This document shows positions 62,093 through 64,000 of a DNA stretch of 64,000 bases, in pieces; position 1 is the stretch's first letter, and the number at the start of each line of letters is the position of its first letter. A program made the translations under genes and the position numbers. Source of the stretch: Negaprion brevirostris (Eukaryota); NCBI GenBank assembly GCA_030324005.1, contig JARDVH010000133.1, positions 16,478,907 through 16,542,906 of the forward strand, written 5' to 3'. A model generated the notes under the pieces. The model ran no database searches and was not told the DNA's origin. It saw only the letters and a program-made list of their open reading frames with translations.

Positions 62093-64000
62093 TATTTGTT
62101 TAAACATACCATCTATTATAACTCAATAATAATCCTTTGAGATCGATATAATGTCACCATGTTAATTTCCATTGCAAAGTCTCTCGCACATTGTTAAACA
62201 CGTCAAGTATTTGTAACAGGCGGGCTTCAGCATCTTTTCATTGTTTTCCATCAGGCGTTCTTAGCATTGCCCATTCTTTATATTAAACTAACTTTTCATT
62301 GAAATACAGATGCAATTAAAGAGGCATCACCCTCAGACATTACCAGTGGAGGACACATGGACTGCTTTATACTTACAGAGAATTTACAACAGAGAGGCAA
62401 GTCATTCAGCCCAACATCAATGTTGTTGTTTATCATTCCCCGGAACTTCCTGCTTCATCCCAGCCTATTGGTATATCCTTCTATTCCTCTCTCCCTCAGG
62501 CATTGATTTGGCTTCCTCTTATGTTTGGCTGTGCTGTTTGCCTCAATCACTGCACGTGGTAGCACATTCTACCTTTTGATTAAAGAAATTGAAAGAACTC
62601 CTCAGAGGCCAGTGTCCTGTCACCAACCTTCAATTTATTTACATAGTCAGTAACACTCTAAAAGTTACTTCCTCTTACAGAGCTTAAACTCGGAACGCCT
62701 GTAACCCTGACACGCCACATTATATACACAGACAGGGCTCACTGATTGGCCGATCCATTACTGCCTTAAACAGAGAGCTCATATTCTAAGAGTCATTACA
62801 GAGGTTTTCCCCTGACTCCAGTGTTAAACTTAGCTTGATCAAGTTTTGATGGCAGATTAACTATTAAAATAAATTTCATTAAAAATGTACCCCTGTAGTT
62901 GTTGTGTGTTGCACATTATAAAGAGGTATGTACTATTATAGACAATTTTCTGGTCCTTTCAACCATTTTGAATTTCAATCTTTTAAATAATACATAAGTT
63001 GTTTTTGTATTTAGGATAGACTCTGTCTACAACGCTTCCTGCATGTAATTGTCAAAACCAAAACTTTTTTTTTTGGGTGTGAATGAGACAATCGGTCTTA
63101 CTTCAGAGTCCAAGTCCACTTTAACGTCTCCCCCTCTCCACAGACTCCGACACCGGTATCAACTAAAACTGTCTGAGAGGCAACTCTCCTTCTCTCCCAC
63201 GTGCATATGCACAAAGTGTGCCATTGCACTTATTCAGACATCTGCTAAACTGCAGGATGACTCACTTTTCCAGCTTCTCTTCCACCCTTGTGGTGAGGCA
63301 CCTCTCTCTTGGTTTGCATATTTAAGTTTGAGATCTTGCCACGTGATAAATTATTGACACATATTGGTATTCCACTGGCCCTTGGTTCAACAGGTTGCAG
63401 CACAGAGCCTGTATTTCCACTTTATACTTTGACGGAAAAGAATTCCTAGGTGTGGCGTCGTAGATGCAATGTGAATTTTTAGGATACCTTTCAATGCTCT
63501 ATAATCAGATGTTGAGAGCTTGCTGGTTAGTTAGTTGAATAAAATTGACAAGTAGCTCATTCCGAGAGACATACTTTAACAATCAAGTCTAGAATTTGCC
63601 AGATCGAGCTGAACTAGATCAATTAAATCAGAATTTTCTACTCTGTTATTAGTCTGAACTATAGGGAACTGTTCTTCCAACCAATAATTTATGAATTTAA
63701 TCTCAGGCAACATAAAGCAACAATTGAAACTTGTGGTGAAAATATGGCCTGCAAACAATCTTTGAGGTGCCACTTCAGCATTGATTTATTGCCCAGGATT
63801 CAGTGTAATGACGATATTGGCAGCAGACATTGATGCATTGGACCATTGGGCTCCTTAATCATCCAGTGGCAAATTTGCTCCACAACTTACTGAGAATATA
63901 ATTAGAATAGGCTGCGGCAAGTATAGCTACGGATCAGAAGGACAATGCACAAAGGAAATACCCATTGCAACATCATAGCTACTCAGACTCGGAAATGGTT

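Overview
This is eukaryotic genomic DNA, almost certainly from a shark or ray. It is repeat-dense, from a gapped draft assembly with many N runs. There are no prokaryotic operons, CRISPR arrays, rRNA genes or true tRNA genes, and no host gene I can name. Most of the window is transposon debris: about 20 copies or fragments of an HE1/V-SINE-like tRNA SINE (two alternative 3' tails), a second tRNA SINE with a CR1 tail, Deu-domain (AmnSINE1/SacSINE1-like) SINEs, CR1, L2 and Rex-Babar LINE 3' ends, Penelope fragments, a decayed two-gene PIF/Harbinger transposon (about 27.8-31.6 kb) with MITE relatives, and a hAT MITE with a perfect 8-bp TSD. The most unusual signal is on the minus strand at about 40.2-37.0 kb. 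It is a very diverged L1-clade ORF2 relic, split by younger LINEs, whose post-RT part stays open for about 380 codons with one homopolymer frameshift. It ends at a GTGAGT donor and is followed by two phase-compatible, canonically flanked exon candidates (34640-34494, 27277-27181). This may be an exonised/domesticated L1-ORF2-derived gene or its pseudogene. All family assignments are by eye, and repeat boundaries are approximate.
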